Source: Proteromonas lacertae (Eukaryota). Taken from it: DNA of 64,000 nucleotides. Positions 38,601 to 54,074 of this stretch are shown here, piece by piece. The stretch lies in NCBI GenBank assembly GCA_002245135.1, contig NGBS01000004.1:124001-188000 (forward strand). Reading direction: 5' to 3'. Both the position numbers and the translations under genes were made by a program. Under the pieces are notes generated by a model. The model was not told where the DNA came from. It did no database searches and saw nothing but the letters and a program-made list of their open reading frames with translations. Position 1 is the stretch's first letter. Each line of letters opens with the position of its first letter.

Positions 38601-41600
38601 AACAGTTCTATTTTGAAATGAAAATTCATTGTTCTATAAAATTATAATATATATAAAGCAAAATATACAGGATTAAAACAACAAGATGGTAAATAGAAAT
38701 TCTTCATTTCATTATTTATATATCTTCTACACAAGTCAATGATATATTCTTTAATTTCATGAAACATATGAGAAGTTTCATAATTAAATTCCATTGGAAA
38801 TGAAAGAATGATTATCTTCTTACCTCTTCTTTTCAATTGAACATACAAGAAATAAGAAGGAATATTATCAACAATATCTTTACTATTTCTGTTTATATAT
38901 TGATATATAGAAGTATCTGCTGATGTAAAATAATAAGGATTAGTTGCAGTGATTAAATAATCACCAAATGTATTCCAAAATCCATCCTAAATAAAGATTA
39001 TGATTAAAATTACATACTTGGTTTACTCCAAAATCAGGTACTTCTTCTATACTATCTGTAATACAGTAAGGAGTGTATAAATTGTTAATATATGTTTTAA
39101 TATGACCATAATATTCTTTAACATTAGCTAAATGTTCATAAATATAACAATGTCTCAAAACTTCTACTGATAAGAATGTAACAACATCATTTGCTATTCT
39201 ACTACATATTTCACTTCCCTTTTTGTTGAAATACTCAAAATCTAATTCATCATTTTTGATTTTATCTTTCAAAACTCCACTAATTTTATATTGAAAAGGG
39301 AAATATCCTTTTATATCAATTGAATACCTGTAATTACTTCTATTATGGATAATATATTGGAAATCCTTTTCATTAATATGATTCATTATTGTCTCTTTAA
39401 AATTGGATAGAAAATCATTAACAGGGATCTATTTAAGTAAATAAATCATTATATAAATATACAGTGAAATATTTTTCTGAATTGCTATCTCCTTCTTCTT
39501 TTATAATAATCAAAATTAACACTGGTAATTCATTAGATAATCTTTTCATCTTTTCTTCTACAGTCTCTTTTCTCTCCATATTATCTGTGCTTTTACTAAA
39601 AACCCTTGTAATTGGTCTTAATGACTCTAATTCATCATTTGAATAGGGTCTCAACCAATAATTTTGACTTACTGCAAATGTTTGATTGACAAACTTTTCA
39701 AGCTTTTTCTCAAGCTGTATTGTGAAAAAGTCTAGATTATCAGTATTCATTCTTAATAACTCACAAAACATTGTAATATCTATTCTTTTCAACGTTTTTG
39801 AATATAAATATTGTTTATATCTTGTAAAAGTATTTTCACTTATATCTTCACCAAGTTTAACGAAATGAAAGAATGTTTTAACAGCTGAATAATTCAATAT
39901 GTTATTAACATCACATCTTATATCATTCAGCTTATTATTTGATATTCCTTCAGAGTTAAATGATGGTAAAAACAGTCTTGTAAGAGTATCATTTTCTGAT
40001 ATTTTTAATGATAATCTTTTAGGGTTGTATAAATGAACATTAAAATGAAAAGAGTCTATTGTGTGTTATATAAATAAATATACTTTGATGTATTGGGGAT
40101 AATGATAATACCATATTCTGTTTATGTTTTTTATCTTCCATTAGGAATACAACAAATCCACTAACATTCTTTGTTTTAAATTCATATCCATAAGTCAAAC
40201 TATGAGCTTGACAATACAGTTTAAAATATTTAACCAGATTATCATAATTATATTTAATATACATACTCTGAGCATCAGCTATTAAATATATATATATATA
40301 TATATAATATTATAATTAAATACGATTTGTTAGATTTTCAATATTATTAGCTATTGAATGTTGAACTAATATCTCCATATTATTGAATAAATTATTCATA
40401 TTGCAACATTTATTAGAATGACATTCATGGTTAGATTTACTACTCAAAGTATGATAATATAACATCAACAAATTATCTGCGAAATAACATGAATTATATA
40501 ATATTTCATTTACTTTATAATCAGCCAATTCATCAATTTTATGATGATTATGATCAAGAAATAACATCTGATTATCTACCCATAGAGATACATAAATACA
40601 TCCATCTTGAACTGACATTGTATAGAATATATGACAATCAAATTGCTTTTGATTATGCAATTGAGATGAATTATTTGGAGTAGGAGTTGAAGTAGGAGTT
40701 GGTGTAGATAAAGAATCTTCTGGAGAATCAAATTGATGTGGATATAATTTCAAACATTTGTACAATATAAAATAGTCACTTTGATTGGATTTTATTTCGA
40801 GGAAATCAGCTGTAACATGCTGTTCAATAATGAACTTTGCCACTTCATTCTCTTCTACTTGATAAGTCCAAGTTTTCTTTGTTAATGTTGGAATTTTGTC
40901 ATTTACTGAAACCCACATTTGGCCATATATCTTTTGAAACATTAAGAATTCCGATGGTACAAATGAGTAATGGTCTTTGAGGTTTTGTTTTATTTCCTCA
41001 AGATAAGAATTATTCTTTTGTGGAAATGAATTGAAATGAACAAAATGAACTGAAGTATCTATATCTTCTACTGTAATATATATTAATAGTTCAGATTTCA
41101 CATGTTTAATGATTTTATAATAAAAACAATAATCTGAACCATAACATCTTTCATATCCAATTTTTTCTAATAACTATTTTAATATAGAAATATATAGATA
41201 TTATTTATACTGAACCAATTGATGGAACTTTACTATGAAGTTCTTGACAACAATAATCTTCTTTCTATAATAAATAATAATATAAAAGTAAATATAAAAA
41301 ATACAAAAGAATACAAATCCAATAATTCAGTAAATAGATAAGGTGAAGTTCTAATAATCTCATGATAATTCAAAACTTTTGTATCAAATGATTTGATTGG
41401 ATCAATTATTGATTGATATACTATTGGAATACACTCATATTGACAAGGTAATAACGAGATTTCCATTGTAATTTGACAATTTAATTGATCATTAGTTGAT
41501 ATTGTATATAATACAATAATTGTCTCATCATAATTATATCTCAGTTGTATTACAGAATAATTCAATCTTTCTATATATGAGATAATATCAAATCCTTCTC

Positions 41601-42636
41601 TTACTCTCTGTGATATATATATTCTAATATTCTTATTTGCTGAATAAGTTGTAACTTCATACAACTGAGATTTTGGGTTTATATAATACTTACTAATTGT
41701 TACGTATTTCCTATATACATTAATTGGAATTGACTTTGCTTCTGTTACTGCATAACTTCCTGTATTTAGACATATGCTTTTGATTATATCATCGCATTTC
41801 AATATAAAATTATCAACATTGATTGTTAAAAAACATAATGTTATATCATTAGTATTGATTGATTGAATTAGATGGTTATATTGCTGATTATTCCCAAAAT
41901 TATAATATGTATTATCTAACAGAATAATTAAAATTGGATTTGCTGTATTATCTAAACGGTTTAATACATACATTGATTGCTTTAAACAGTAAGGAAAATT
42001 AGCTGGATTAGAATCTAAAATATATATTTTTTATATTATACAATCTTTGCTTTCAATGAGTGAATTAAACAATTCTTTCAGTGATTTTTCTATTATTGGA
42101 TGAAATTTTGAGTAAACATCATCATAATGCGGACGAAATATCAAATTGTGTAAGATACACATACAATTCTTGTCATTATAAAAACATAATATAGATAATG
42201 ATATTATTGCAGGTTCTTCCCTGTTATCAAATATGGTTTCGTTAAATAACTGATTTAAAAGATCACTAGCTTTATCTAAGTATAAATCACACAATTGTTT
42301 GTTATCATAGAGTAACCCAAATTGTGAACTTATCATAATGGATAGAACGATCTTATATTCAGAATATTCAAAGTATATCCCTTTAACTATTTGAATATTC
42401 TGCATTTCTGGCACTAATGATGTAGGTGTATATGGAGATGGTGTAACTGGATTTGAATAAGTATAGGAAGAAGTTGAATCTGATCCTGGTATGTGTTTTG
42501 CATCACTGTTGAATATAAGAGGTTGATGGTTGTAACCTCTTTTGAAATTGTCAAGAAAAAATAACTGTCTTTCTTGAATACCAAATTTTGATTGATTAAA
42601 CACTTGATAGTTTAAATCTTGAGATGTCAAAGACAT
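35650..42636 (-). CDS. Large multi-exon protein, divergent SZT2-like (KICSTOR scaffold) candidate
   Basis: About 13 short introns join ten ORFs into ~2,100 aa. N-terminal YKIVLSIMISS and YISQRVREGF recall SZT2 motifs, and the size fits. Confidence 0.5.
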
Positions 42637-42753
42637 ACTAAAAATATATTCGTTTCAAAATGACTTTCTCATTTTTCTCATCAACAACAAAATATTCTTA
42701 TAAAAAAATTAAATAAATATTATATATGACATTATATTAACATCCTACGAAAA

Positions 42754-45700
42754 CTAAACATCATTATTTAAAGAAGCATCTTCAGCAATCATAGGTATAT
42801 TGTTAGCCTCATAACGGACATATTGGAATTGTTGCATTCCACTAGCAGAAGGACGAGTAAATTTACTAAAACCTGATTTATCATTAAATCTTGTTACTTC
42901 AGTCTCAATTACATTTCTTGTAGCTTCAAGTTCAGGGCTAGTTATAGGTGGAGGAGCAGGTGTAACTTTATTATCATTATTTGGAATATTCATCGGGCTT
43001 GACTTCTTTCTCCCAGTTCTACCAGATTTAGATGTAGCTTTACTATTCTGATGTAATACATAAATAGCCCAAACTTTTGGTAAAATCATAACAGAACAAA
43101 CTACAAACAATGTTGCAGAAATACCACCTAATTCTAAGAATAATAACGCATCTGGCTCTTCATAGACTAATATTTCAACAACAATAATTAACACTTCACA
43201 TGCAAACTCTGATCCAATTGATGTTGCTAAACTTCTTGATTCATTAAAATCATCTGTTAGAGTTCTAGTAGTCCAAGAGAAATAAACTCCAACACAAAGA
43301 AGAATTGTATTAACTGCAAATTCAAAAATGACATAAACAGAGTTAAAAATACATCTATTACTAACATATGTTTGAATATAAGTAGTTTTAGCTAAATATT
43401 TTGGCTCTTCATATCCTACAAATGGATCTATTAAACCCCATATTATTATAATAATTGCATGAACTAAAGCTATAATAAATATCCTCACAAATATTTGAGA
43501 ATCAGTTACTGATATTTTTTTCAATTGTTTGTTAGTCAAAAATGCATGAACTCTCCACACTTTCAATACTAAACCAGAAGTAAACATAATCACAGATTGG
43601 AATAATAAACCATACAATAATGTGCAATCTATTTCTGAAAATGTTTCAAATCTAACACATGTTGATATAATTATTGTTATAATTCCCATAACATTAATAA
43701 ATTGTAAGAAATAAGGACTTGTAAACTTGATTGTCTTTACTTTTCTATTTTTGAAAATAAAGAACATATATGATAACAAAATAGCAATGATTAATGAAAC
43801 TAATGTCAATAATGCTATTCTCAATTCTGGTCGATATTTATACATTTCTTTTGGCGTAGACATATCACATTTACCATTACCTTGTGAATTTGGAATTATT
43901 GGATCTAAGGTTGCTACAAGTTGAGGACAAACTCTGCTTAATGATCCATCATCTAATATAACTGATACAGATGTTGGTGTGATAAATGAATTATATTCTG
44001 AACCTTCCAATTTTCCAAATGGCGTTTCAAAATCTAATCTCTGTGTAGCAGTTCTTAAATAATCAAAAAGTGGCCAATCACTTCCAATATTATCATTGTT
44101 CATTCCATCTAAAGCTAATTGAACAGCTGATACAAAACCATTAAATAGAGTATAAGTATTTGCTAATGATAATGTAGCTTTTGAACTTAATCTGTTTGAT
44201 ATATACGATTGAAATGATAATGAATTTGCTACTGTATCATCATTAATGAATGGTCTCAAAATTAAGCTTCCTGATATATATGATAAATCCTGTTTAGTAA
44301 AGAAAGATTCTTGATAAAATGCTAAAATTAATTGATTTCTAACTCCTTTTAAGTCATATAAGGTGTAATAAGCAACAAATTCAACTAAATCATCATTTGC
44401 AAATGCACAAAATATTGCATAATTAGAATCGCCAATTTTCATTATATCATGAACAAAACCATCTATAAATTCATGCATTTTATCCTCATCTACATCTCCT
44501 ATTCTATATTCATATGTGGTAATATTATATTTCTTGCTAAAAGTGTTAATCATATTACCTATAGTCTTATTAAGATATGAATTCTTCATTACTTTACCAA
44601 TTATATACAGTCTATCTAAATGTGAAATATTCATATAACTATAAACAACTGGTAGTTTCTGTAGAACAGTTTGCTGTAATTGAAATACATGAGAATCACA
44701 AATATCGTTTTCTGGTAAAGATATAGATGTGAATAACATAATATCATGTTTTGCTAACTCTGGCATTACTAAATTATAAGAATATTTTGAGCTACATCCA
44801 AATAATGCTACTAAATCATCATTATGTAACAACTTTCTTATAGAACCTTCATCTTTATTCTTAATTTCTTCTCTTTTATTATTCAGGTTTACTACTTCTA
44901 GTAATAATGCATAACCATTGAATGAATTCAGTTGATTATAATCATATAATAATTGCTGAATTAGTAACACATCCATTTGTGAAATATATCTATAACTATC
45001 ACTAAAATCAGCTATATAACCAATAATTTTAGTTTTCAAGATTTCTGTTGAATTTGATTGACTAATATTACATATATATTGAGGATTATAGACAGCTTGA
45101 GCATTTGATAATGAACTATAATGATAAACATTAAACAATCTATCTTCTGTTATTCTTGCAGAAAACGTTCTTCTTGTTAATGTATTATCAATTCCTAAAT
45201 AAACTGTACCAGATGGACTTTCATATTCTCGATTATTCAATAACGCTGATACTTTATCAGGTTCAAATGATGACGTTTTCATCACAGCTGTTAGCCATAT
45301 CTTAAAACCAATATATAATCCTTCAGTTCTATAATTTGTTGTGAAAAACCCTGCTGTTCTTGTATTTAATATTGTTGGATAGTTTTTATCTGCATTTATA
45401 ATAAACTCATATTTAGTATTAACTAAACCACTGAAATAAGTTGCCATTACTGTTACATTCCTAATCATATATCTATTTTCAATGAAATCATTTTCTGTTA
45501 AGAAGAATGTATACATATCTATTCCATTACCATATCTAAAACCAATATCATATAAATCGATATAAGCTTGTAAATTATAACTTGCTAAGCAAAAAACAAT
45601 TATACAATGATCAATATCACAATAACTCTTCATAGCCAATAATTTTTTCTTATAATCATTAGCATCATAACCAATTGATTCAAAATGCAAACCAACACCT

Positions 45701-48700
45701 GAAAAAAGTGTAGTAAATTGATTTATTAAACTCATTGATATTTCACTAGAATCACCCAATAGATAAATATATCTGTCTTCATCAATTAATTCCATATACA
45801 CATTATAGACTAATGACATTTGATCAACTCCTGCAAGTATTACATTCTTTAAACAATAATTCTGAGAATAATATCCAGGATAGAAATACAACAAATTTGT
45901 ATCTTTCAAATATGGAATAGAAATAGAGAATTTCTGTGGATCATAACCTGAAAATAATACTACCACATTTGGATTATCAATGATACTTTTCAGATATTTT
46001 ATATGTAAATTATCATCACCTTTATCATCATATACTAAGGGTATTAAAAAGTAAGATAATTGTCCATTATTCGCTTCTTCAATAAGCATTAATAATGTTA
46101 ATAACATTGAAAGTGTATTTGTGTTTATTGCAGCTAAGAAAGCAACAACTGCTACTTCTAATTCATGTTTTTCATTGGATGTTACATTACATACTGTAAA
46201 ATAACTCTTCTCTCCTGAAATTGGACTTGTCTTATTAAATCCATTATCCTGTAAGTATGTAAATGGTGAATTATATTCATATCTTAATACTACTGTTGTT
46301 ATATCTTCTGAATCGACTATTCTTCTTAATTTGAAAATAGGCTTAGATCTTATATAATTATCATATCCAACATCGAAATTACCCAAATTATCAAAGTAAT
46401 GTTGCGAATATAACAATTTATTCATTTCTGACATTTTGAATGTTTTATATCTATTTATTATAGTAATCCATGCAGATAATAATCTAAATAAAGATGATGA
46501 ATAATCAGGAATAATATTAAAATCAACAATATTCTTTATTGCATCATCGATATAGCTTAAGTATAAATCTTCAGGATCTGACAGTGTTACATAGTAAAAT
46601 GGAGAAAAATCATATAGTTTATCTATCGAAATGAATGAAAAATAAGCTTTAATTAATTCTCTTAAGTTTATCCAATTGTTATTATTGTTATTTAAATAAT
46701 TCATCACCTTTTTATTTAAATCAATAGCTAAATAAAATTCTTCACCTCTGTTATATAAATCAACTAATACTTCATCTAAATAAGTTATGTTTTCAACAAT
46801 GAAAAACTGATAATTAGACATTCCATAACTAGTAAAACAATCTCTAGCCATTCTATAAGCATATTCATTTTCTTTAGATGCTAAAAACACAACTTTACCT
46901 GTATGAGCTACAGATATAAGTAACTGTGCTTCATAATTTATATATCTAGACCAGACTAAACCATGAGATATCATCTTTTTACTACATCTAAATTCCTCAT
47001 TATAATGAACAGCAAATATCATTGTGTCTTTTAAATCACTAAAAGTCTTAGATTCTTCAATCATATCTTTACACTCTGTACTTACTACCATAAATACAGC
47101 TGCAATATTTCTATAATTTGATGATTTATAATTATTAACAAAATTTTGACATGTATTAGTCGAATCAATTCCATAATAAGTTGGTGCAATTAGGTATGTA
47201 TCATTAATTATGGTATATTCTGAGTTCAATAACTTCAAAAAATAATAGAACTGAACTTTCAATGATTTATCTAATGAAGTATCATAAATTAACTGTATGA
47301 TAATTTGTCTTGATTGTAGAGTAGTCTGTTTATGATCCTTGTGAGATACAATACAAATACTTGCATTAGGATATGCCAAAATCCATGTTTCAGGTTTAAG
47401 TGAAAACTTATGTTCAACTATATAATCTATTTCATTATTATATATATAACCTAATCTGAATGATTTATATAAATAATTATTGTCAGCTATATTTGTTCTT
47501 CCAAAGGGAGTATCAATATCAGTATATTGTAAATAAGTAAAGATTTCAATTGGATCAAAAGAATTACTCAACGTTATTCCATCATGAAGTATTTTTACAG
47601 CTGTATATGAATTTGCCATTACATTTGAACTTCTATTAATTGCTAAATATTGATATAAAGATTTTTTCAAATTCTCATTAACAACTATTTTATCATGGTA
47701 ATTATAATCACTTATAAAATACAAATAATTTGTATATTTCTTATCTAATTGTAATAAATCAATCTCCTTAGCCAATAATATATAAACTTTCTTTGTTGCT
47801 GGTTCAGTTGGTGAATTATAAACAGTATAAAGGAATTTTTCCATTGAATATGTTTCTATACCAGGTATAAAAACCAAGGCACAATGATCATTACTATACT
47901 TTACAATAGTAGAAAATAGATCTTTAGTATTATTGAAATATAGTTTGAAAATATCATTACCAAATCCTGATGAATTACACATATACTGTAAATTCTCTAC
48001 AATATAATTCAAATACACATATTCAGCTTCATATATTATATGCATGCAAGTATCAGTATTATTCATTTCAAAATATACTAAGAGGAATTGCAAATACTGA
48101 TTCGGGACAATACTAGTGAAAAGAACATGTTCATCACAAATTGTACCACTAAGTATATATGGAACTAATAAATATTGATTATTCTCTCTTAAAGCAGGTA
48201 TTGCTTTCTTTATACATTTATTACTATCACCTCCTATTATAAATTGAATTCCCAATTCATTAAAATAATTCATTGCTTCATAACAATCTGGATTTTCTGG
48301 TGCATATAATTCATAACCTATTGTATATCCATTAATTATTTTATTTTGGAATAATTCTATAATGCCAGCTATTGCACCTTCTGCCATTGAATCTAATGAT
48401 GAATATGTACTTAAACTAGAAGCTAAAATACCAAATTTATATGTTTTAGATTGTTTACCACAATCACAAACCAATTGTTCTCTTGGTGATTTTGGGAAAT
48501 TCAAATAAAAAATAGGAGAGGCAAAATGAAGAATATATTTACCTTTACTTATATACTCATATAAATACATATAATGTGGGAATGTTGGACATTTGGTTAA
48601 TGTAATAATCTCTCCTGTTGGTAAAGGTAGTTGCATTCCATTATACTTTTTCATTGATATAAAATCTACAATATCATAGTTACTATCAGTAGCATAATGT

Positions 48701-51700
48701 AACATTTTAACAGATAAATAACTGTAATAGAAGAATGGATTTATATCCATTTCATTATTATATAAATCACTATGTAAATCTAACAACTTCAACGCTTCAT
48801 CAGATAGATTGTCTAAAGCAAATGGAGTTGCTATCATGTGAGTATATATATCACTATGTTTAATATTTGCATTTTTAAATAAACCAACTCCACCATCACT
48901 AACAATAGTAAAATGGATTTGACTTTTACACTGCTCAGCTAAAGCATTAAATAACTTATTATATTCGAAATTATCAAGAGCATTTATCAATACAGAATCA
49001 TCAGTGATTAATTCGCATATTCTGCTTGCTATTGGGTTGAAATCTATTGAATCTCTAGAAACAACTTTGAATTTAAATGATATCTTTGCATGCTTATATT
49101 CTAATTCAGCAGTTATAGCTTCAACTAATTTATGTGAATAAACACTGTCATTATATATAATTCCATATGATCCACTATTATTATTATTTATCAAATATGA
49201 AACTAAAGTCAAAAGAAAAGACGACATAGTCCAATGGAATGAAAAAATGTAATTATTAGCTGTTCTATCTTCAACATTTGTTCCAATATAAAACAATACT
49301 TTTTTCAATGATTTTAATTTTTCAGCAAAGAACATTATAACTGGTTCTCCTAATCCAATTATCATTTTAGATTTCTTAAACCATTCATCATTAACAAAAT
49401 CGCCTGATTCGAAATCATAATGAAATAATCTGTAATATGGTTTTATTATTTTCCCACTAATACCTTCATGCTTATTATTAATCTCATCAATTGCAATATA
49501 AACACCAGATTCTAAAGCAACTCTTACATTAACATCTTCTATTGAACAAAACACAGCAATATTATAATAGTCTTTTATTTCTATTACAGGATTATCTGGA
49601 TCTTCATAGTTACATATTTTATCAAAAATAATATTCTCCTGCAATTCAGAACTATTTCTGTCATATGTGTATATAGTAGTTAAATTATAATACGAATGTC
49701 TGTACAATATATTGAAAGCAGCAGATATAACAAATTCTTTATTAATCGAACAATGACCAGATGGTAAATCATATGTATCAATCAAATTCTTTCTGATTGG
49801 TTCAACTTCAAATGTATTATAACGATTTGTAACATCATAAAAAGCAACAATACTATTGGCTAATCCACTTTCTAAAAATGTAACTTGTGTTTGAATTGAA
49901 TAATAATAATTATAAATATTTGCCAACACTTTACTACTTTCAGTTGATCTTGAATAATCATTTGTTACTATACCATATGTATTATCGTATATTTCATTCT
50001 TATTTCCAATAAAATTCTCAGTAAATGAAAAGTAAATCTTGTATTTACTCCTTTTGTTTTTGTTAATATATTTATTATAAACTTCAATAAACAATTTATG
50101 CTCAACAGGAATAGTGATAACTAAAATACTACCTCCATTTGGCAATTTAATCAAAACATCTTTCATAAACTGATTATAAAACGCTTCAGTATTATTAGAT
50201 TCATATTTGTATAACTCTATTGAATAAGCAACTGTTGCTGATTCTATTGTATCTGCTATTTTAACAGATTGTTTTGAATATAACAAAACACAATCTTCTC
50301 TTGAACTCCATATTGGTGATTTTAAAATACCATTTACTAACGTTTCTATTGAAAATCCATTCACAACATATGAACTACAACCATCTGCATAAATTGGAAT
50401 ACCAAATGACCATAATAAAAACTTCTTTTTCTCTTCCACTAATTTCATTAATTTCAGTGTTTTTTCATCGCTTATAAATGTAAATACATGTTTTATATTA
50501 TGATTAATGTAATATTGAACTATATCTTCTATAGATGTAGTTTCTTCATCCTGTAATAATGGAACATAATAAACAGCACATCTACCAATTTCATACAAAT
50601 ATTCAGATAAAAAATGAATTAATCTTTTCATTTGGTAAGATATTCTATTATATCTTGGACTTGTTGATACTATTAGACCAATATTTTCAACTGCATCTTT
50701 TCTATCAAACAAACGAGAAGCTTCATCTGTACACATGTGAGTATCATTCACCATGATTAAAGGATTCTGTGGAATTGCTTTATCTGTTAATATTTTTATT
50801 TTTGTATCACCATCATTCATTCTAAACACATACAATGGATATTGAAGTTGATTAGATAATGAGAATTTTAAATCACCAATTACAGAATCTAATACCATCA
50901 ACTGATGAATAATATAATCTTCTGGAAGTTCACTTCCTAATGATTTTACACCCATGTAACTATAAGCTTTAAATATATTACTCATTACTACAACATCATA
51001 AATTGGATACTTCGAAAAAACATCATAATATGGTAATAATTTCATCATATTCTGTTTTACACTATCTAATTCATGAACGGGCAAAACTGTAACCACAGTG
51101 TATGTGTAATTGCTATAACCATCTTCATCTAATAGATATGAAGTTCTTGCATTTACATTAACAATTACATACTTCTTTATATCACTAAACTGTTTAAATA
51201 AAGTACTGTTATGTATTTTCACTAACTCTTCATCATTAAGATTCAAATAAACAACTAAACTATCAATAATACTACTTTCTTTATTAATCAAATCTTGTAA
51301 TATATCATCAACACTCATTCGTCGAGTAAAATATATAAGGGGAGTAATTGGATCAGCACAATATTTTTCAATAGTTCCTTTAAAATATTCAGCAACATTG
51401 TCATCATTAGGAATAGTACTTGAAACATATGCAAAATAATTAAATCCTTTTTGAAAGAAATCAAATAATGTTGTAGTAAAAAACTGTTTGGTTAAACAAC
51501 CAAAATGATAAACATGTGGATTACAGTCATTCCCATCCCAAGGACTTATGGAATAAAACATTCCTTTAAACTCCTCTAAAACAGGATTCAATGAATTTAA
51601 TATCGATTTATTATGATATCCTATAACAAATCCAATTCTATGTTCTTCGAAATAATGTCGAACAATCTCTATGGAGTTGTTTAAATTAGTACTTTCCAAA

Positions 51701-54074
51701 CTAACTGGAACACTTTCATATTCTATATCAGTAGACTTTTCTTCAGCATATGCAGTAATAAACATGGAATATAATGCATCATAATAAGGATGTTTATCAT
51801 TATTTACTAACGATATTATATGATATACATCTTTATTCACTATATATCCGTTATTTGCATTCTCACTATTATATTCACATATATCAATTTGTTTATTAGT
51901 GGCTAAAAATGGTTTTTGAGATCTAGTTAATGATACATCCGATATTTTCCATATAGCTCCACTATTAGTAGAAGGATCAATTGTTACAGCTGATTTTAAT
52001 GTATAAATTGAATATAATTGTTTATTAAACCTAACACGAATATCAGAACCTTGTGAATATGAAAATGATGAAGGTAATATCTGAAATTCTAATAACGAAC
52101 TTGATTGGATACTTTTATAAAAATTCAAAATCATTGACAATGCAATATAACCTTGAGATTCTATCTGATGATAATATTGATATAAAAAGGAAGTTCTCCA
52201 TGCTGTGGGTTGGTATAAATGGAATTGAACTGTTGAATAACCTTCCCATTTAATACCAGATTTACTTGCTGATAAATAATCTTGATAACTAAAATCTATC
52301 ATAAAAACATTATCAGATGTGTATGATTTAGTTTCATAATATTTCATGAAATTGTTCTTATTAATATCAGCCATCAGTGTGATTATAGTTAGATTCTTAT
52401 CTAATATTTCTAATTCATATTTATCAAGTCTTTGTTTATAAAAATTAACATCGTTACTCTCATCAACATATATAATTTCTCTACAATTCTTTCCATAACT
52501 TCTACAACTATATTCACATGCTGATTTACCATATTCACCATTTAAACACACTAATACAAAACCTCTTTTTAGTTTTGGTGTAACATAATAACTTATCTGT
52601 GACATTGGTGTTAATGATACATGAAATACATGAGGATTACAATACTGTCCTGTCTCATAACCAATTGCAAATATATATGGAGATAAAACTTTATTTTCTA
52701 ATATTCTACTCAACAATTTCTTTCCATAATACATTATCACTATTTCTATATTTTTCGATATTATATCTTCATATTGTGCATCTATTGTATCACCAACTGC
52801 TTTATATAATAACATCTTTGCATCAAAATGATGTGAATTCTGCAATAATGTGTCTAACGATTGTAATAAACTGTTAAAGAAATCAGGATAACTTTCTCCT
52901 TCAATATATCCTATTCTTAGAACTGGCATTTCTTCTATAAAACCTACTTTACATGTATATAAATCAAATTCCTTTAAATCATAAAATGGTTCTCCTTGTA
53001 TATTGGTCAATAACAATGTAAAATGTGCAAAATTACCACTCAATACTTGTGCTATATATACATTACGTTGCAAATTTAAATTGTATTGAAGTATAATTTT
53101 ACCATATGAATAAATCAACTCCAAATCATCAATGTAAGGTATTAGATAAACCTCACCAAGTGTTTCATATTCTGTAGCTTCATTTAACTTTCTAATTAAT
53201 TCAAGAAACAATATTCTATATAAATAAATAAATAAATAATATATATACGTAGAATATTCTGCATCTGTTATTACTTCACTTGGATTAGATGTCAATACAT
53301 CATTTAAACCTAGATTATCGATAAACGAAGATGTTGCTGGATTATCAAAGAAATAACCAGACATTACATATATATTCTCCATTATAGCATTATTAGCTTT
53401 AAGGAAACGTTCATCTACATTTGCTACACACAACATTACCTTATGTTTTAAATAAATATTACTTGATGAATAAGCTTTGATTGAATTTAGAAGTATTGCA
53501 TCATCACCATAAAAATTTACAATAAAAATCCTTTCAGACACTTCTAAAGATGTAAAAAGCTCTGTAAATCCAACTTCATTTGTAGGAAATTTATGAGAAA
53601 TTACAGTGAATGATAATCTCTCTGCTAAATTTGCTGTTACATTATATTTGCATGAATTTTTCTCTGCCAAGATCAAGACTTTATGGAAACCATCTTGAAA
53701 AAATGTGATTAAAGCTATAATATAAAATTTATATAAATACTTTGTTTTATAGGTTGCTGTATAAGACCACCTCTAACAATATTTGTAGTACAACCCATAC
53801 AAGCAGAAAAGGATGGATAGAAGTATATAGATTTATCATCATAAAACGGGTCTAATGGGGATCCTCTTTCACTATCTGAATATATTGACGTTAACTCTAA
53901 AGGTTGATGATGATTAAAATAGAAAATTTCATTTCTAAGCTTTGCATTACTGATGTACGACTTTAGAATCACATTTGGGGATGAATCTGTGTAAATATCT
54001 GAGTAAATATATATTTTGGGGGTAAAACTCCAAACTGATTTAAATATAATAAGAAAAATCAAAAAATAACACAT
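42754..54074 (-). CDS. Class C (GABA-B-like, 7tm_3) GPCR-like receptor with ~9 tandem type-1 periplasmic-binding domains
   Basis: Signal peptide MCYFLIFLIIFKSVWS. The 7TM region has IKFTSPYFL, LVLKVWRVHAFL, IWGLIDP and DDFNESRSLATSI. Repeats carry YFYPGYYSQNYCLKNVILAG and ESPSGTVYL-type motifs. Two short introns. Upstream ATG 54134 is an alternative start. Confidence 0.85.
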
